Assembly: GCA_051599415.1 (NCBI GenBank)
Contig: AP039697.1
Coordinates: 124,001-188,000 of the forward strand
Direction of reading: 5' to 3'
DNA from: Savitreella phatthalungensis
Lineage: Eukaryota
DNA: 64,000 nucleotides
Shown here piece by piece: positions 19,864 to 30,697 of this stretch. The first letter of the stretch is position 1. The number at the start of each line of letters is the position of its first letter. The notes under the pieces are model-generated. The model had not been told where the DNA came from. It searched no databases and was given only the letters and a program-made list of their open reading frames with translations. A program made the translations under genes and the position numbers.

Positions 19864-21576
19864 TCACCCTGGATGTTGTCCTGATCTCTCGACGTCTTTG
19901 CCTAGGCTGAGCGTCTGTGCCATACTGATCTGCCTCTGCAGGGTGCCTACGTCTGCTTCTGCGTTCATCGCTCTTCGCTTGAACATGTCTGAGAATCCTG
20001 TGGCGACGACCTGGATGAGGAACGTGATGATGGGCACACCGAACAGGGCCCAGACGATGAAGATGCACCTGCCTAGCTGCGAGGACGGAGCATAGTCGCC
20101 GTATCCGACCGTCGTCAGTGTGATGTACGTGAAGAACACCGCCACTCCATACGACCATCCTTCTGCTCCTGCGAACGCAGCAGCACCACCGAGCCAAAAC
20201 ACCAGGAAGAACGTGAGTGATAGCACCAAATTACGTCGTGCTTGTTGCTGGCGCGCTCGCCGCTCACGGTCCTCTCGCTTTCGTGCTCTTGCCTTCTCCC
20301 GAAATCGCCGACCGCCAGGGTGAGCGTGTTGTCCCGCAGGTGGCAGGTCGTGCTGGGATTGCTCGGCAGATCGGTGGTCGGCTGGAGTGGCGATCCGAAT
20401 CGCTGGGCGTGCTAGTTGGACGGCGTTATCGTTGGCCAGGGTTCCCGCCGGATCGGTCCTACGCTCGTCGCTGTTCTGGACGGCAGAATCGACCGTGTCT
20501 GCGCGCTGACGCAGTCGAGGTGAGCTGTTGGAGTCATCACTTCCAGTGGTGATACTCCCATCGCCGTCCTTAGATAGATCTGGTGGCTTGATTGGCTTGG
20601 CATAGTCTTCCGGATCTGCTTCTACGTCTCGGTCGCCATCGATAGTGGCCATTGAGTTTGTGCGGGAGAGCGCGAGATTGGCTTCGTCGACAAGTCGTTG
20701 AGCTTTTAGCCTGTCGCCGATCAGCGTTACCATGCTGGACACAAGCGCCGCGAGGTAGCAGATGCTGAAGACGAGGTACGGGAATAGCAACACGCGAGAT
20801 ACAGTCTTGTCTGGCACTACATCGCCCGTTCCCACGGTCAAGATCGTCGTGATTGTGTAGTACAGTCCGGTGACAAACGTCCAGCCTTCCACCTTGGAGA
20901 AAAAGAGTGCACCGAACCCCATCGACAGGATCAATATCACCACACGCATCATGAAAGTCCTCTGCTGCAGCCGATCCTGCTCGAGCTTGAGACGCTGGTG
21001 CGGGCTACCGTCGTGGTGGGTAGCAGGCGGCGTGACGAGGACATTCAGAGCCAGGAAGGGGATGACAATCAAGCTGACCAGGACGCCAAACACGCCGATC
21101 CAGAATCCTTCGAGGTAGATGAAGTTTCGCTGTGGATACTTGATCACGAATTGGATGTAGTTGCCGAGAGCGAGAATCACTTTGGCGACCCAGAATAAGA
21201 GAGAGAGTCTGGTGGTGACCTGGATGTGAAAATTGTAGAAGCGGAGCATGAGGACGCAGTTTGCAAACACCTCGAATGCCAGCGTCACTGCAGCGAGCGC
21301 GATGTTGAGCGTCGGATCAGGCAGCGTGCTCAGCACCACACCATCCACCACAACCCCTCGCCACCGCTGCGTCAGTGCAGGAATACCCATCAGAATGGCG
21401 AGTGGTCCTAGGATGCATGCGATCAATGGGGATAAGTACGACCACGTGTCAATTCGGCGCTTGAAGGAGAGCGGAGTGTCGTTCTCAGGCTCTGCACCTG
21501 ATTGTCTGAGATGGTGCTTGTGGTGGATATCCCGCTTGTGGACGGGATGCTCTCGCTGGTATCCATGTCGTGACAT
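19864..21576 (-). CDS. TOK1: TOK1-type two-pore outward-rectifier K+ channel
   Basis: About 8 hydrophobic segments and two pore loops, TILTVGTGD and TLTTVGYGD, each preceded by EGW. Confidence 0.9.
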   Translation of the reverse strand: MSRHGYQREHPVHKRDIHHKHHLRQSGAEPENDTPLSFKRRIDTWSYLSPLIACILGPLAILMGIPALTQRWRGVVVDGVVLSTLPDPTLNIALAAVTLAFEVFANCVLMLRFYNFHIQVTTRLSLLFWVAKVILALGNYIQFVIKYPQRNFIYLEGFWIGVFGVLVSLIVIPFLALNVLVTPPATHHDGSPHQRLKLEQDRLQQRTFMMRVVILILSMGFGALFFSKVEGWTFVTGLYYTITTILTVGTGDVVPDKTVSRVLLFPYLVFSICYLAALVSSMVTLIGDRLKAQRLVDEANLALSRTNSMATIDGDRDVEADPEDYAKPIKPPDLSKDGDGSITTGSDDSNSSPRLRQRADTVDSAVQNSDERRTDPAGTLANDNAVQLARPAIRIATPADHRSAEQSQHDLPPAGQHAHPGGRRFREKARARKREDRERRARQQQARRNLVLSLTFFLVFWLGGAAAFAGAEGWSYGVAVFFTYITLTTVGYGDYAPSSQLGRCIFIVWALFGVPIITFLIQVVATGFSDMFKRRAMNAEADVGTLQRQISMAQTLSLGKDVERSGQHPG

Positions 21577-22479
21577 AGTTGGGCTTTCTCAAGATTGAAA
21601 GTAAACTAACGACATGAGCGCATACTAAAAGCGGCTGCCAGAAGGCCAGCAACTGCGCGGACTGTTGCGCCCCGGAGCAATGATGAGGTGAAGAGGAAAG
21701 ATGAAAGTAAACGCAGGCTGTGAAGAGGATGACTGGGAGATATGAAGTGAACATATGTACACCATATAGATAATATATATAGTGCATGAACATGTGATGA
21801 ATCACATTCACGTGTAGATTGATCAAGGATTTTGATCAAAGTGCTACACGTGCTGCTTGAGGACTGGCGAAGACTAGATCTTATTGCTGCTGCTGCAACG
21901 CTGCATATGAAGGTCAATTTCGCTTGAGTTTGCGTCGATGGACAATTCGAGCGCGCTTGATATGTAATTTAGTTGCAAAGGGCGGCTCTGCATTGGGTTC
22001 AAATCCTGCACGAACACATGTCAGCCTTTTGGATGTTGTGATCTGTGAAAGGACAGATCATCGAGTTCATGATTGATCAAGAACTCTGAAGCTGTAAGTG
22101 CCCCGTGCTCTAGGAAGTGGAGAAAGTCAGCCACCGACGCATCATATACCTACCTGCCTTTGATCGGATACACTTATACTGTACTCTTTGGACAGCACTC
22201 ATAACTGCTTGATTAGTAGGCACGGCTCCGGCGATCGCTCTCATCTACACACAAGAATCCTACAGTCTACTTCACTTCAACATTCGACCCTGCAACTCAA
22301 GCATCGCATCGAGTGAGCAAGTTGCAGTGACGTCTTTTGATCATTGCCGAAGATTTCATCTCTGATCGCATCCTAGTCAAGGACTATTGAACGACTAAGT
22401 ATCCGATTGCTGGTCAAAACCGAGTATCCGATTGCTAGCCAGAATTGTCACAACTATACACAGCGCAACTAGTTCAGAC

Positions 22480-23583
22480 ATGTCTAATTTACCACCCCAG
22501 GTCACCCGGACAAATCCGCTTCTCCCGATCGGTGTCCTCGTCGGTCTAGCTGCTTCTTTCCAGCAGCTCGGACAGCATGTCCTCTTCGGCAACAAGGTCA
22601 TAGCAAAGCTCGAGCAAGCATGCGTCAACCCGAAGTACATCGGCAAATACATCCCTCTCGAGTGGGGAGACTATGGGAGGGCGGTCAACAAGGTCTGCTG
22701 CATCGCACCGAAATTCTTCCAGCCGGCTCTTGAGAGTTCCGTACAAACGCCATTCCTGTCGGAGTTTGTCCCGCTATTTGGTCTGCTGGCTGTGATTGTC
22801 CATATCGCAGCCAACAGGTCCTCTGCCGGGTTTCTCGTCCGCTGGTCACCCACATTCTTCCTCTTGCTCGCTCAATTCCTGGGCGCTGGTTTTGCAGCGC
22901 CTGTTGCGCTTTCACTTGTCGTCTTCTACGGCTCACGCAGTGCTCGTGCGTCCTTCATCCCGTCAGGCATCGCTCGCTCGCTCCTACCTGCCCTGACACT
23001 CGGCTACCTGATTCCTTCTGTAATTGTGCTCGCCAAGGGACTCGTGGATGATGCAGTGCTCGATTGGGGAATTATCCTATGGCAACCATTCCCACTGTAC
23101 ATGGCTATCATCATCATCTTCCTTTCAAACTTTTTCCACTCGCCTGCGCGCAACACCTCCGACGCCATGGTCTCAACCACTTTCATCGTCTCGACCACAG
23201 ATGCCGTCGTCCTCGTCTCATTCTTAATGCACCTCCGTGCCATCTACCTCGCTTACACAAATGGTCTCGATCTCGCCAGCTACTTGCCAAATCTGAAGAC
23301 GACGGATATCCCGGCGAATGTGCACACTTTCCTATTCTTTGACTTCCTGAGCACGATCGGGTCTTTGTGGACACTAGTCATCTACGACACAACCAGATTT
23401 GCCAATCTTGGTACTTTCAGCGTGTCCAAGTGTCTAGCAATCCTCCTCCTCGGCACCGTCGTTATTGGACCAGCAGGAGCGACAGCCTGGGCATGGTCTC
23501 AGATCGAAAAGGCACGTCTACAAGCACTTGTGGCCGATCGACCAAAGACTATTGATCGCGTGACGCCAGCAATCAAGAACTGA
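22480..23583 (+). CDS. Multi-pass membrane protein, possibly CtvD/AurD-like
   Basis: First ATG at 22480 (MSNLPPQ). Multiple TM segments. Motifs QFLGAGFAAP, LPALTLGYLIP, WQPFP and GPAGATAWAW recall the CtvD/AurD-like family (from memory, unverified). Confidence 0.6.
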   Translation: MSNLPPQVTRTNPLLPIGVLVGLAASFQQLGQHVLFGNKVIAKLEQACVNPKYIGKYIPLEWGDYGRAVNKVCCIAPKFFQPALESSVQTPFLSEFVPLFGLLAVIVHIAANRSSAGFLVRWSPTFFLLLAQFLGAGFAAPVALSLVVFYGSRSARASFIPSGIARSLLPALTLGYLIPSVIVLAKGLVDDAVLDWGIILWQPFPLYMAIIIIFLSNFFHSPARNTSDAMVSTTFIVSTTDAVVLVSFLMHLRAIYLAYTNGLDLASYLPNLKTTDIPANVHTFLFFDFLSTIGSLWTLVIYDTTRFANLGTFSVSKCLAILLLGTVVIGPAGATAWAWSQIEKARLQALVADRPKTIDRVTPAIKN

Positions 23584-24102
23584 TCTAGATCCCGCAAGTC
23601 ACCGAGTACATTTGAATAATAGCTTACAAGCGAAGTATATGATGGAGGAGACTATAGTACAATGCAAAGATAGTAGAATAGACAGACACTTGGACTGTCA
23701 AGGTATGGAATGACTCCGCAACCATGTATCTCTGGTGCAAGTCTATACGAGACGTCCTCGGAACGAATCTGATCATGATTCAATCGTTTAGCCAAGATTA
23801 CCAATCTGACAAATGCACACTATTCCATGCATCTAAGCCGGATTTTGATTTTCCCCATTTTTCCCAGCATGGCTGCAGCCACAGCCATTCAGCCGGGAGT
23901 AAGAAGTATCCGTACTACGTAGTACACAGTACAGTATATAGTGGATAGCAGACGACCACATCCACACTCTCCCTCTCCTACGCGTCCATCCACGATCCTC
24001 GTCAATCATCAATCCAAGGTTTCTGAGTCAATCTTTCTCACCTGGCTTGTTAACTTTCTTTCTACGGCATTGAAATCCCGCGTTCTCCCTTCTTTCTTGC
24101 AC

Positions 24103-25521
24103 ATGACCACTTCGACAGAGCGAGATCCACTCCTAGGTTCACGCCATGAGGATGTAGGCGCATTCGAACGTCGGCGTCTCCTGCGACCTGAAGACGTCGA
24201 GCCAAATGGTCTCGTAGGTCCTGCTGAGACAGGTAATCTGGATGGCGCGATTGACGGTGGTGGCGGTATTGGCAAGCGCACACAGACAACACTTCCACGT
24301 GTCCTCACTTTCGACCTCGTCCGAGGTCTCCTCTGCATCTTCATGGCCATAGATCACTCATTCTTCTTCTCAGGCAAAGAGCATCCTACAGAAGCATGGA
24401 ACATCCATCCAGATCTCCACAGGCCTTACCTGGACTCATACTACCACTTTGGTCTCCGATTCGTTACTCACTTGTGCGCTCCCGGTTTTGCCATGCTCAT
24501 GGGCCTCGGATGTGTGTACTTTGTGGCTGCTAGAGCAGACGGAGCAAAGTGGTCGAGTGGAAAGCTATTGAGACACGTGTGGATGCGCGGGATTATTTTC
24601 ATTGCCGTCGGATGGCTGTTCACCCTCCCGTTCAAGTTCATCTTGGGTATGGCAGAGTGGTTCATGGTGGACATCATCGTCGCACTTGGTTTCTCTTTTG
24701 CAGTTGCAGGCACAGTCGCTATCGTACTTCATAAGCTCGGCAATGCCTCCCTTCTAGCTCATTTGGCGACGTTTGCAATCCTGCTCCTCGCCTGCGCTGG
24801 CGTCACTTTCACCTGCTATCTCGCCCCAGCAGATCGTTCTGTGACACCGCCTGCATGGAGCCGCATTCTGTATCTCACAGGCCAGTGGTCATTCATGTCA
24901 TCACGCTTCCCGCCACTCGCATGGCTACCGCATGTGCTCTACGGCGTCGCATACGGTCGCGTCTCTAGACAAGTAGGACGCTCTGCTGATCGCCAGGCTG
25001 CGCTGTCGCTCGTACTCGGTATCGTCATGCTCGCTGCATTCGCTGGCGTCCGCATCAACGGAGGTTTCGGCAATTTGACCCCAGTCAAGCCATCCTGGTT
25101 CCGCAAGGGCGTCAAGGAGTTCCTCTGGACTTCCAAATACCCACCGGATGTAGCATACTCCCTCCTCTTTCTCGGCCTCAACCATCTGCTAATCGCCCTC
25201 TTCGCACTCCTCCCATTCCCATTTCCACTACCTGGCATCTTCAATACCTCAGCAGTCCTACTCGACTTCGGCACTTCCCCGTTCTTTTTCTACTTCCTTC
25301 ACGTCAACACATTCATCATCTTCGGTCTCGTCCTCGCAGCACTCGGACTGACAAAGAGTCCAGCAGATCTCCCAGACGGCTACACTCGTGCAGGCATCGG
25401 CAATGGTCCAATCTACTGGCTCGTATTCGCTCTCCTCATGCTGCCTATCTGGCGTCTATGTAGATGGTATGCTGCGCTCAAGCGATCCAGCCACCCAGAC
25501 TCCTTCCTCCGATTCTTCTGA
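24103..25521 (+). CDS. Membrane acyltransferase-like protein (DUF1624/HGSNAT-catalytic-like)
   Basis: First ATG at 24103. FDLVRGLLCIFMAIDH, RFVTHLCAPGF and SKYPPD motifs with about 10 TM segments. Confidence 0.75.
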   Translation: MTTSTERDPLLGSRHEDVGAFERRRLLRPEDVEPNGLVGPAETGNLDGAIDGGGGIGKRTQTTLPRVLTFDLVRGLLCIFMAIDHSFFFSGKEHPTEAWNIHPDLHRPYLDSYYHFGLRFVTHLCAPGFAMLMGLGCVYFVAARADGAKWSSGKLLRHVWMRGIIFIAVGWLFTLPFKFILGMAEWFMVDIIVALGFSFAVAGTVAIVLHKLGNASLLAHLATFAILLLACAGVTFTCYLAPADRSVTPPAWSRILYLTGQWSFMSSRFPPLAWLPHVLYGVAYGRVSRQVGRSADRQAALSLVLGIVMLAAFAGVRINGGFGNLTPVKPSWFRKGVKEFLWTSKYPPDVAYSLLFLGLNHLLIALFALLPFPFPLPGIFNTSAVLLDFGTSPFFFYFLHVNTFIIFGLVLAALGLTKSPADLPDGYTRAGIGNGPIYWLVFALLMLPIWRLCRWYAALKRSSHPDSFLRFF

Positions 25522-25992
25522 TGCAGGACAGACAAAACGGTTCCTCTCTATGTAAATAGACCTAAAGCTTCTTATCATCATGAGCATGCCGCCGTAGGTG
25601 TCCTATAAATGTCGTGACTGACCCAATAGCTTGCCCAGGTCGACAGACTTTTGAGCATGTGCAACTCGGGAATTTATACCGAGCGGAATCTATGACGATC
25701 ATCATAATGCAGCGTACACTATCACAGACATACACTCACAACCTTCTATACAGTCAGTCCCTCTTCACCACTAAAACCTCATTCATCGATCGTCCTTTTT
25801 AGCGTCATCTACACATCTACCCGACCTAGTGGCAGTCACTACTCACGCCTTTCACTACATCTATTCTCTTCGGCTACACACTCCTTTTTCCTGTCTGCGC
25901 AATCATTGACCGCCAAGAGCGTCAAGTATGAACGTCTTCCTGTGCGCCACTACATAACTTCTTTCAGACGCCCAGCCCAGCTGTATCTCCTC

Positions 25993-28251
25993 ATGTCGCG
26001 CTCTCTTACCACTCCAGGTGATCCAGAACACTCTGAACATCATGAGACCAGTTCTGAGTCTCCACGCGATCACTCTCCGGTCACAGATAAGCCAACAAGC
26101 GAGCACCTCGAGCGACCAACCTCTTCAGCCATCGATCAACTGCGTGAAGACGATGCATCGACCCCTAGACCGCGTCTATTACCTTCAGATGATCTGAAAG
26201 CCCCAGCAATCACTCACACTACCGAACTGACTTCTGATCTTGACGCTGACGCCGACCAAGACGCAAATATTGACCATTCCATTCATGTTAATGACAACAA
26301 CGACGACGACGACCTAGAGCAAAGGCAGGAGAAGGAGGGAGAAGAAGAGCTCCCGGAAAAGCCTCCACGCCCTCACCCAGGCAGAATCTCAATGCCCGCG
26401 GAGGATGATGCCGATGCACGCGCAGAACTACATTCCATTCTGACGCAATCCATCCCTCCAACTCCATCAGCCTCTTCCACGCGCAGCAGTCGGACACATT
26501 CATTCTCCTTCAGAAGACCAACGCCAGAGCCTGACCTGCCATTCGACTTTGCCCGTTTTCAAGAACAACTCAGATCCAAGTCTGCAGAACCCGTGGCCAA
26601 ATACCTGAAGTCCTTCCTGCACGAGTTTGGCAAGCGTCAATGGTCTCTACATGAACAAGACAAGATCGTTCGAGACTTCATCGGCTTCATCCGGTCGAAA
26701 ATGCTCTCGTACGAACCATTTCGATCGATGTCGGCCGGAGAGTTCGACAACGCCGTTGAAGGCATGGAAAAACTCATCCTCAACCGCCTTTATCCAATGC
26801 TCTTCCCATCCCAAGTCCAAGATCACCTGGGCAGGTCGACGGCATACAGGCTGGGCATGGGCCCTGACCTCGACCGCGATGTCCTGATTGCCGAACAAAT
26901 TCACCTGCATGCATGGGTTCAGGAGCGTCACCTCGATCTGCCCGAGGACGGGGCTAATGCGAGGTTCCTCTCCCTTGCAGCCGCGGAGTTGGACAAGCTC
27001 GACAGCTTCAGAGCACCCAGAGACAAGGTCATCTGCGTCCTCAACTGCTGCAAAGTCATCTTCGGCCTCCTGCGGGCGCGCAAGGCACATCCCTCTACAG
27101 CGCAGGGCTCGTCCAGTGCCCCGACAGAAGACTCCTCCGCAGACGCTTTCCTGCCACTTCTCATCTTGACAATCCTTCGAACGCGCGTCACGCATCTCGC
27201 CTCACATGTTGAATTCGTCCTCCGATTCCGTGCAGACGAGAAGCTTCAGGGAGAAGCAGGTTACTATCTGTCGTCACTCCAGGGCGCACTAGGCTTCATC
27301 GAGACGCTGTCACAGGAGAATCTGACAGTCGAAGATGCTGAATACGAAAGTGAAGTCAATGCGGCTCGGACGACTCTGAACGCCCGCAAATCCGAACGTC
27401 GCGTCACTTCGCCAAATCTCTCGAGCTCCGTCGAGGACGACAGGCGCGAAGCCGCATCCACGCGCCCTTCCATCAGCCAGACTGGATCGTCAAATACACA
27501 GCCTCCGGCCTCACGATCGTTAGGCGACATGCTGCCGGGTCGCGATCTCGTCTTTGAAAAAGCCTCCGGTCTACTGTCGATTGCGAAGCCACGATTAGGC
27601 TCCATTGGGCGCCTCTTCTCTCAGGAAGATCCCAACACTACCGGTCCGGGGACACAAGCTGCCGCGTTATCGCCTCCAGCGTCACAGGGCAGCGCTGTCG
27701 CCTCACTGCGACGCATCTCTGGCGAGTTCCCCCGAGACTCCGCCACCTCTCCTGTCGACAACGGCCAACTCCAGACGGGCGGCGCGTCCACACCCAGAGG
27801 CTGGTTCTCCAATCCATTCGGCAGTCTCACCTCGACATCGCTGACCCTGCCGACAGACTCCCTGACTGGTTCTGGCACAGGTACAATGCCCACAGCCCAC
27901 GCACCGGCTGAGCTGGTCACGAAATCTCAAGCACGGCGTGCCAGAGAACAGGAGCGTGCAGAAGCACTGGCGTCGCTCAAGGCGATGTTTGGACGCAACA
28001 GCACCAGATCGACTACTCGAGAACGCGACCTCTTGACCGATCAGGATGATTACGACGAGGACGAAGTGGAAGACAGACCTGATGCGGTCGACGATGCCGT
28101 CATCGAGGCCGTCCTATACGAGAAGCGCTGGCGACTAGGTCCAGCGATCGACGCCCTGCTCGAAATCGCAGCCAATGCGGCCGCTGAGCGACATCGTGAA
28201 ACTTTACAGTCACACACGGTCACCGACACCGCCGCGGATTCTCTCATCTAG
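25993..28251 (+). CDS. VPS9: Vps9 Rab5 GEF with C-terminal CUE-like domain
   Basis: FDFARFQEQLR, EGMEKLI, APRDKVICVLNCCKVI, SADAFLP, GEAGYYLSS. C-terminal LKAMF...VIEAVL...AIDALL. First ATG at 25993. Confidence 0.93.
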   Translation: MSRSLTTPGDPEHSEHHETSSESPRDHSPVTDKPTSEHLERPTSSAIDQLREDDASTPRPRLLPSDDLKAPAITHTTELTSDLDADADQDANIDHSIHVNDNNDDDDLEQRQEKEGEEELPEKPPRPHPGRISMPAEDDADARAELHSILTQSIPPTPSASSTRSSRTHSFSFRRPTPEPDLPFDFARFQEQLRSKSAEPVAKYLKSFLHEFGKRQWSLHEQDKIVRDFIGFIRSKMLSYEPFRSMSAGEFDNAVEGMEKLILNRLYPMLFPSQVQDHLGRSTAYRLGMGPDLDRDVLIAEQIHLHAWVQERHLDLPEDGANARFLSLAAAELDKLDSFRAPRDKVICVLNCCKVIFGLLRARKAHPSTAQGSSSAPTEDSSADAFLPLLILTILRTRVTHLASHVEFVLRFRADEKLQGEAGYYLSSLQGALGFIETLSQENLTVEDAEYESEVNAARTTLNARKSERRVTSPNLSSSVEDDRREAASTRPSISQTGSSNTQPPASRSLGDMLPGRDLVFEKASGLLSIAKPRLGSIGRLFSQEDPNTTGPGTQAAALSPPASQGSAVASLRRISGEFPRDSATSPVDNGQLQTGGASTPRGWFSNPFGSLTSTSLTLPTDSLTGSGTGTMPTAHAPAELVTKSQARRAREQERAEALASLKAMFGRNSTRSTTRERDLLTDQDDYDEDEVEDRPDAVDDAVIEAVLYEKRWRLGPAIDALLEIAANAAAERHRETLQSHTVTDTAADSLI

Positions 28252-28318
28252 ATTTCTAAACGACATGATTACTATCGAAGGATAAGGAATGAACATGCTC
28301 ATTTTTTCCCCTCCACTC

Positions 28319-30079
28319 TCACGCGCGGTACTTCCCCTTCACGTACCGATCGTACCTGCCCCTGAACCTGGCTGCCGCGGAAGTCGACGGAACGACGACT
28401 GTACCAGATGCGTACGACGCGTTGTATCCCGGTGCTCCGAGGAACCCGAAATCGACCCCGTTCTGAGAATCCTGGACGGCAGCGTACCCTGCATTAGCCG
28501 ATCGATCGACTGTCAGAGACGGACACACGCCTGTGTTATAAGTCTGTGAAGGTGCAAACGAGACTGGCGGGAGCGCATTCTCGTAGGCAATCCTTATGAG
28601 CGTGGACGCGTTGTTGCTCGGATCGTACAAAGGCCAACCGTACTGGGTCAATCCCCTTGCCGGGTCCCTGATAAAGGCTGCCCAGCCTCCCTGCATCGCA
28701 GCAGACGTCTGCTGGAGCGTCGAGTTCGAAGCGTTCAGCCCTGATGCAGCAAGCGTACCAAACACCAGCGGAATCTCGGAAGAGTGGAACGCTCCAAGTG
28801 CCTTCAATTGCTCGGCAAACACGCCAAAGTACCGGTACTGCCACACAGGCACAGAGTAGTTGTATCTGGCCGTGGCCACGCGCGCGGACGGGCACGTAAA
28901 GGAGAGGTTCGTGATGACGTCCGGAGCGACACCTGGCGACAGGGCGACGAGGATTGAGCCCTCGTTGTTGTTATTGCCGACAAGGGTCGGAATGCGAGCG
29001 AATTCGCCGGCGTCGGACATGCGCGCGTACGCCGCCTGTGAGAAAACGGTGATGTTGTCGATCGTCGGCTGGAAGGCGTTTGTCGAGCCGCTGTAGTTGC
29101 TCACGGCAGCCTGGATCGTCGTGAAGTTGAGTGCCTGCATACACCTCAGCTGCTCGACAGACGCCCTCCCTGAAGGCGTCGGGTAAGACCCTGCAGCCGC
29201 GGACGACGTCGACGTGCCGTTGTATCCACACCCAACCTGGCTCGCAATTACCTGGTAACCAGTGTTGTTCGCAGCAGGATCCTTCGACAGCGCAGACAGC
29301 AAAAATTCAGTACCAGACTCCATGATCAAACCCTTCACAATCGGATCCTGCTTGTACGCGTACGGCCAGAGTCCGACACTTGACGCGCCAGCAGATTCAC
29401 CGAAGATTGTGATCCGCTCAGGGTCACCACCGAAGGCCGCGATGTGGTTGTAGAGCCACTCGACCGCTAGACGCTGGTCCTGGAGTCCCGGGTTGAGTTG
29501 GGTTGGTGAGAGTGCGTCTCCTGCAGCGCTGGTCGGGAATCCGAAGATGTTGGTTCTGTACCCAATGGTCACGACAATCGTATCATTCTGTGTGCCGACA
29601 AAGTTCGAGCCGTTGTACTGCGGGATCACAGCACTTCCGAACGTGTACGCTCCCCCAAACATCCACGCCGCCACAGCCGCACCCTTGGACCCGTTCAGTC
29701 TGTCCATCGACGGTGCCCAGATGTTGAGTGCAAGGCAGTCCTCGCCATCCGTTCCTGTCAAGTTGGCGAACAGCTGGAATCCCGTGAACGCGAGACCCCT
29801 ATTCTGCGGGCACGCGTCTGCGGGCGTTGTCGCGTTGAACACGGTACCCCTCGGGATCGTTGCAGCACGGACAGGAGGTCTGAATCGTCGGGTTCCATTC
29901 GTAGACTTTCCAAACCGAATACCAACCCACTGCCGCACACCTCCTCCAGAAACATTCAATCCACGAAAACTGCCAGCGTCAGAGTGTACCAGCAACCCGT
30001 TCTCCCCAACACTAGAACCTGATTGTCCACACACCCATCCTACCAACGCACCTGCAGCGACCAAGAATGACAGCTGCAT
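28319..30079 (-). CDS. Secreted type-B carboxylesterase/lipase
   Basis: Signal peptide, EDCLALNIW, oxyanion FGGAY, nucleophile GESAG, acid NNNEG, His AFHSSEI. Confidence 0.93.
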   Translation of the reverse strand: MQLSFLVAAGALVGWVCGQSGSSVGENGLLVHSDAGSFRGLNVSGGGVRQWVGIRFGKSTNGTRRFRPPVRAATIPRGTVFNATTPADACPQNRGLAFTGFQLFANLTGTDGEDCLALNIWAPSMDRLNGSKGAAVAAWMFGGAYTFGSAVIPQYNGSNFVGTQNDTIVVTIGYRTNIFGFPTSAAGDALSPTQLNPGLQDQRLAVEWLYNHIAAFGGDPERITIFGESAGASSVGLWPYAYKQDPIVKGLIMESGTEFLLSALSKDPAANNTGYQVIASQVGCGYNGTSTSSAAAGSYPTPSGRASVEQLRCMQALNFTTIQAAVSNYSGSTNAFQPTIDNITVFSQAAYARMSDAGEFARIPTLVGNNNNEGSILVALSPGVAPDVITNLSFTCPSARVATARYNYSVPVWQYRYFGVFAEQLKALGAFHSSEIPLVFGTLAASGLNASNSTLQQTSAAMQGGWAAFIRDPARGLTQYGWPLYDPSNNASTLIRIAYENALPPVSFAPSQTYNTGVCPSLTVDRSANAGYAAVQDSQNGVDFGFLGAPGYNASYASGTVVVPSTSAAARFRGRYDRYVKGKYRA

Positions 30080-30697
30080 CGTGATTTACGAGCTTGGAAA
30101 ATTGGATGGGACACACGCTCTGCGTTATATACTTATGACTAGGTAGGTACATACATGACATATACGAGAAAGTGGTGGGTTTGGACGATCTGCGGGAGGA
30201 CGTGTAGTTGGTAGAGTGGTTGTAGATCGAGTGGTCTACCGTACTCGCTTGGAATCCCTCGGTGGACGGGGTTAGTACACCAGATCGGGGAAGCCAAGGT
30301 CGTTCGAGGTGCTCTAAAGTCCACCCATTGTGCACCGCCAAAGGAATACAGCGATGGATGACGCACGATCCCCGTGAATCTCAATCGCTCGTAGTGGTGA
30401 CAAGGTGAAAACTCCGCATTTTTAATCTGACAGAAGTCAGGATGTCTGGCGTTGATCGAAATGCTAAGGACCAATGAATGATCGATGTGGCTGCATCGAA
30501 AAACCCCGCAGAAGAGATCGCCAGAACGAGTAATGAAGATACAGGCCTCGGCTCACACACGAATGCAGGACGAGGTATTTTTCCAGGTGGTTGGTTCATG
30601 AGTATTGACATGACATGGCTATGACTGTTGAGTTCTTGTTTTTGTACTGTCAAGTCTAGCTAGTGGTTCTTTTTTCGGCGGAGGACGACCTCGACAC

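Noticed and set aside
21990..22012. GGTTCAAATCC, a tRNA T-loop / B-box-like motif
   Set aside because: The T-stem pairs poorly and no acceptor, D or anticodon arms can be built.
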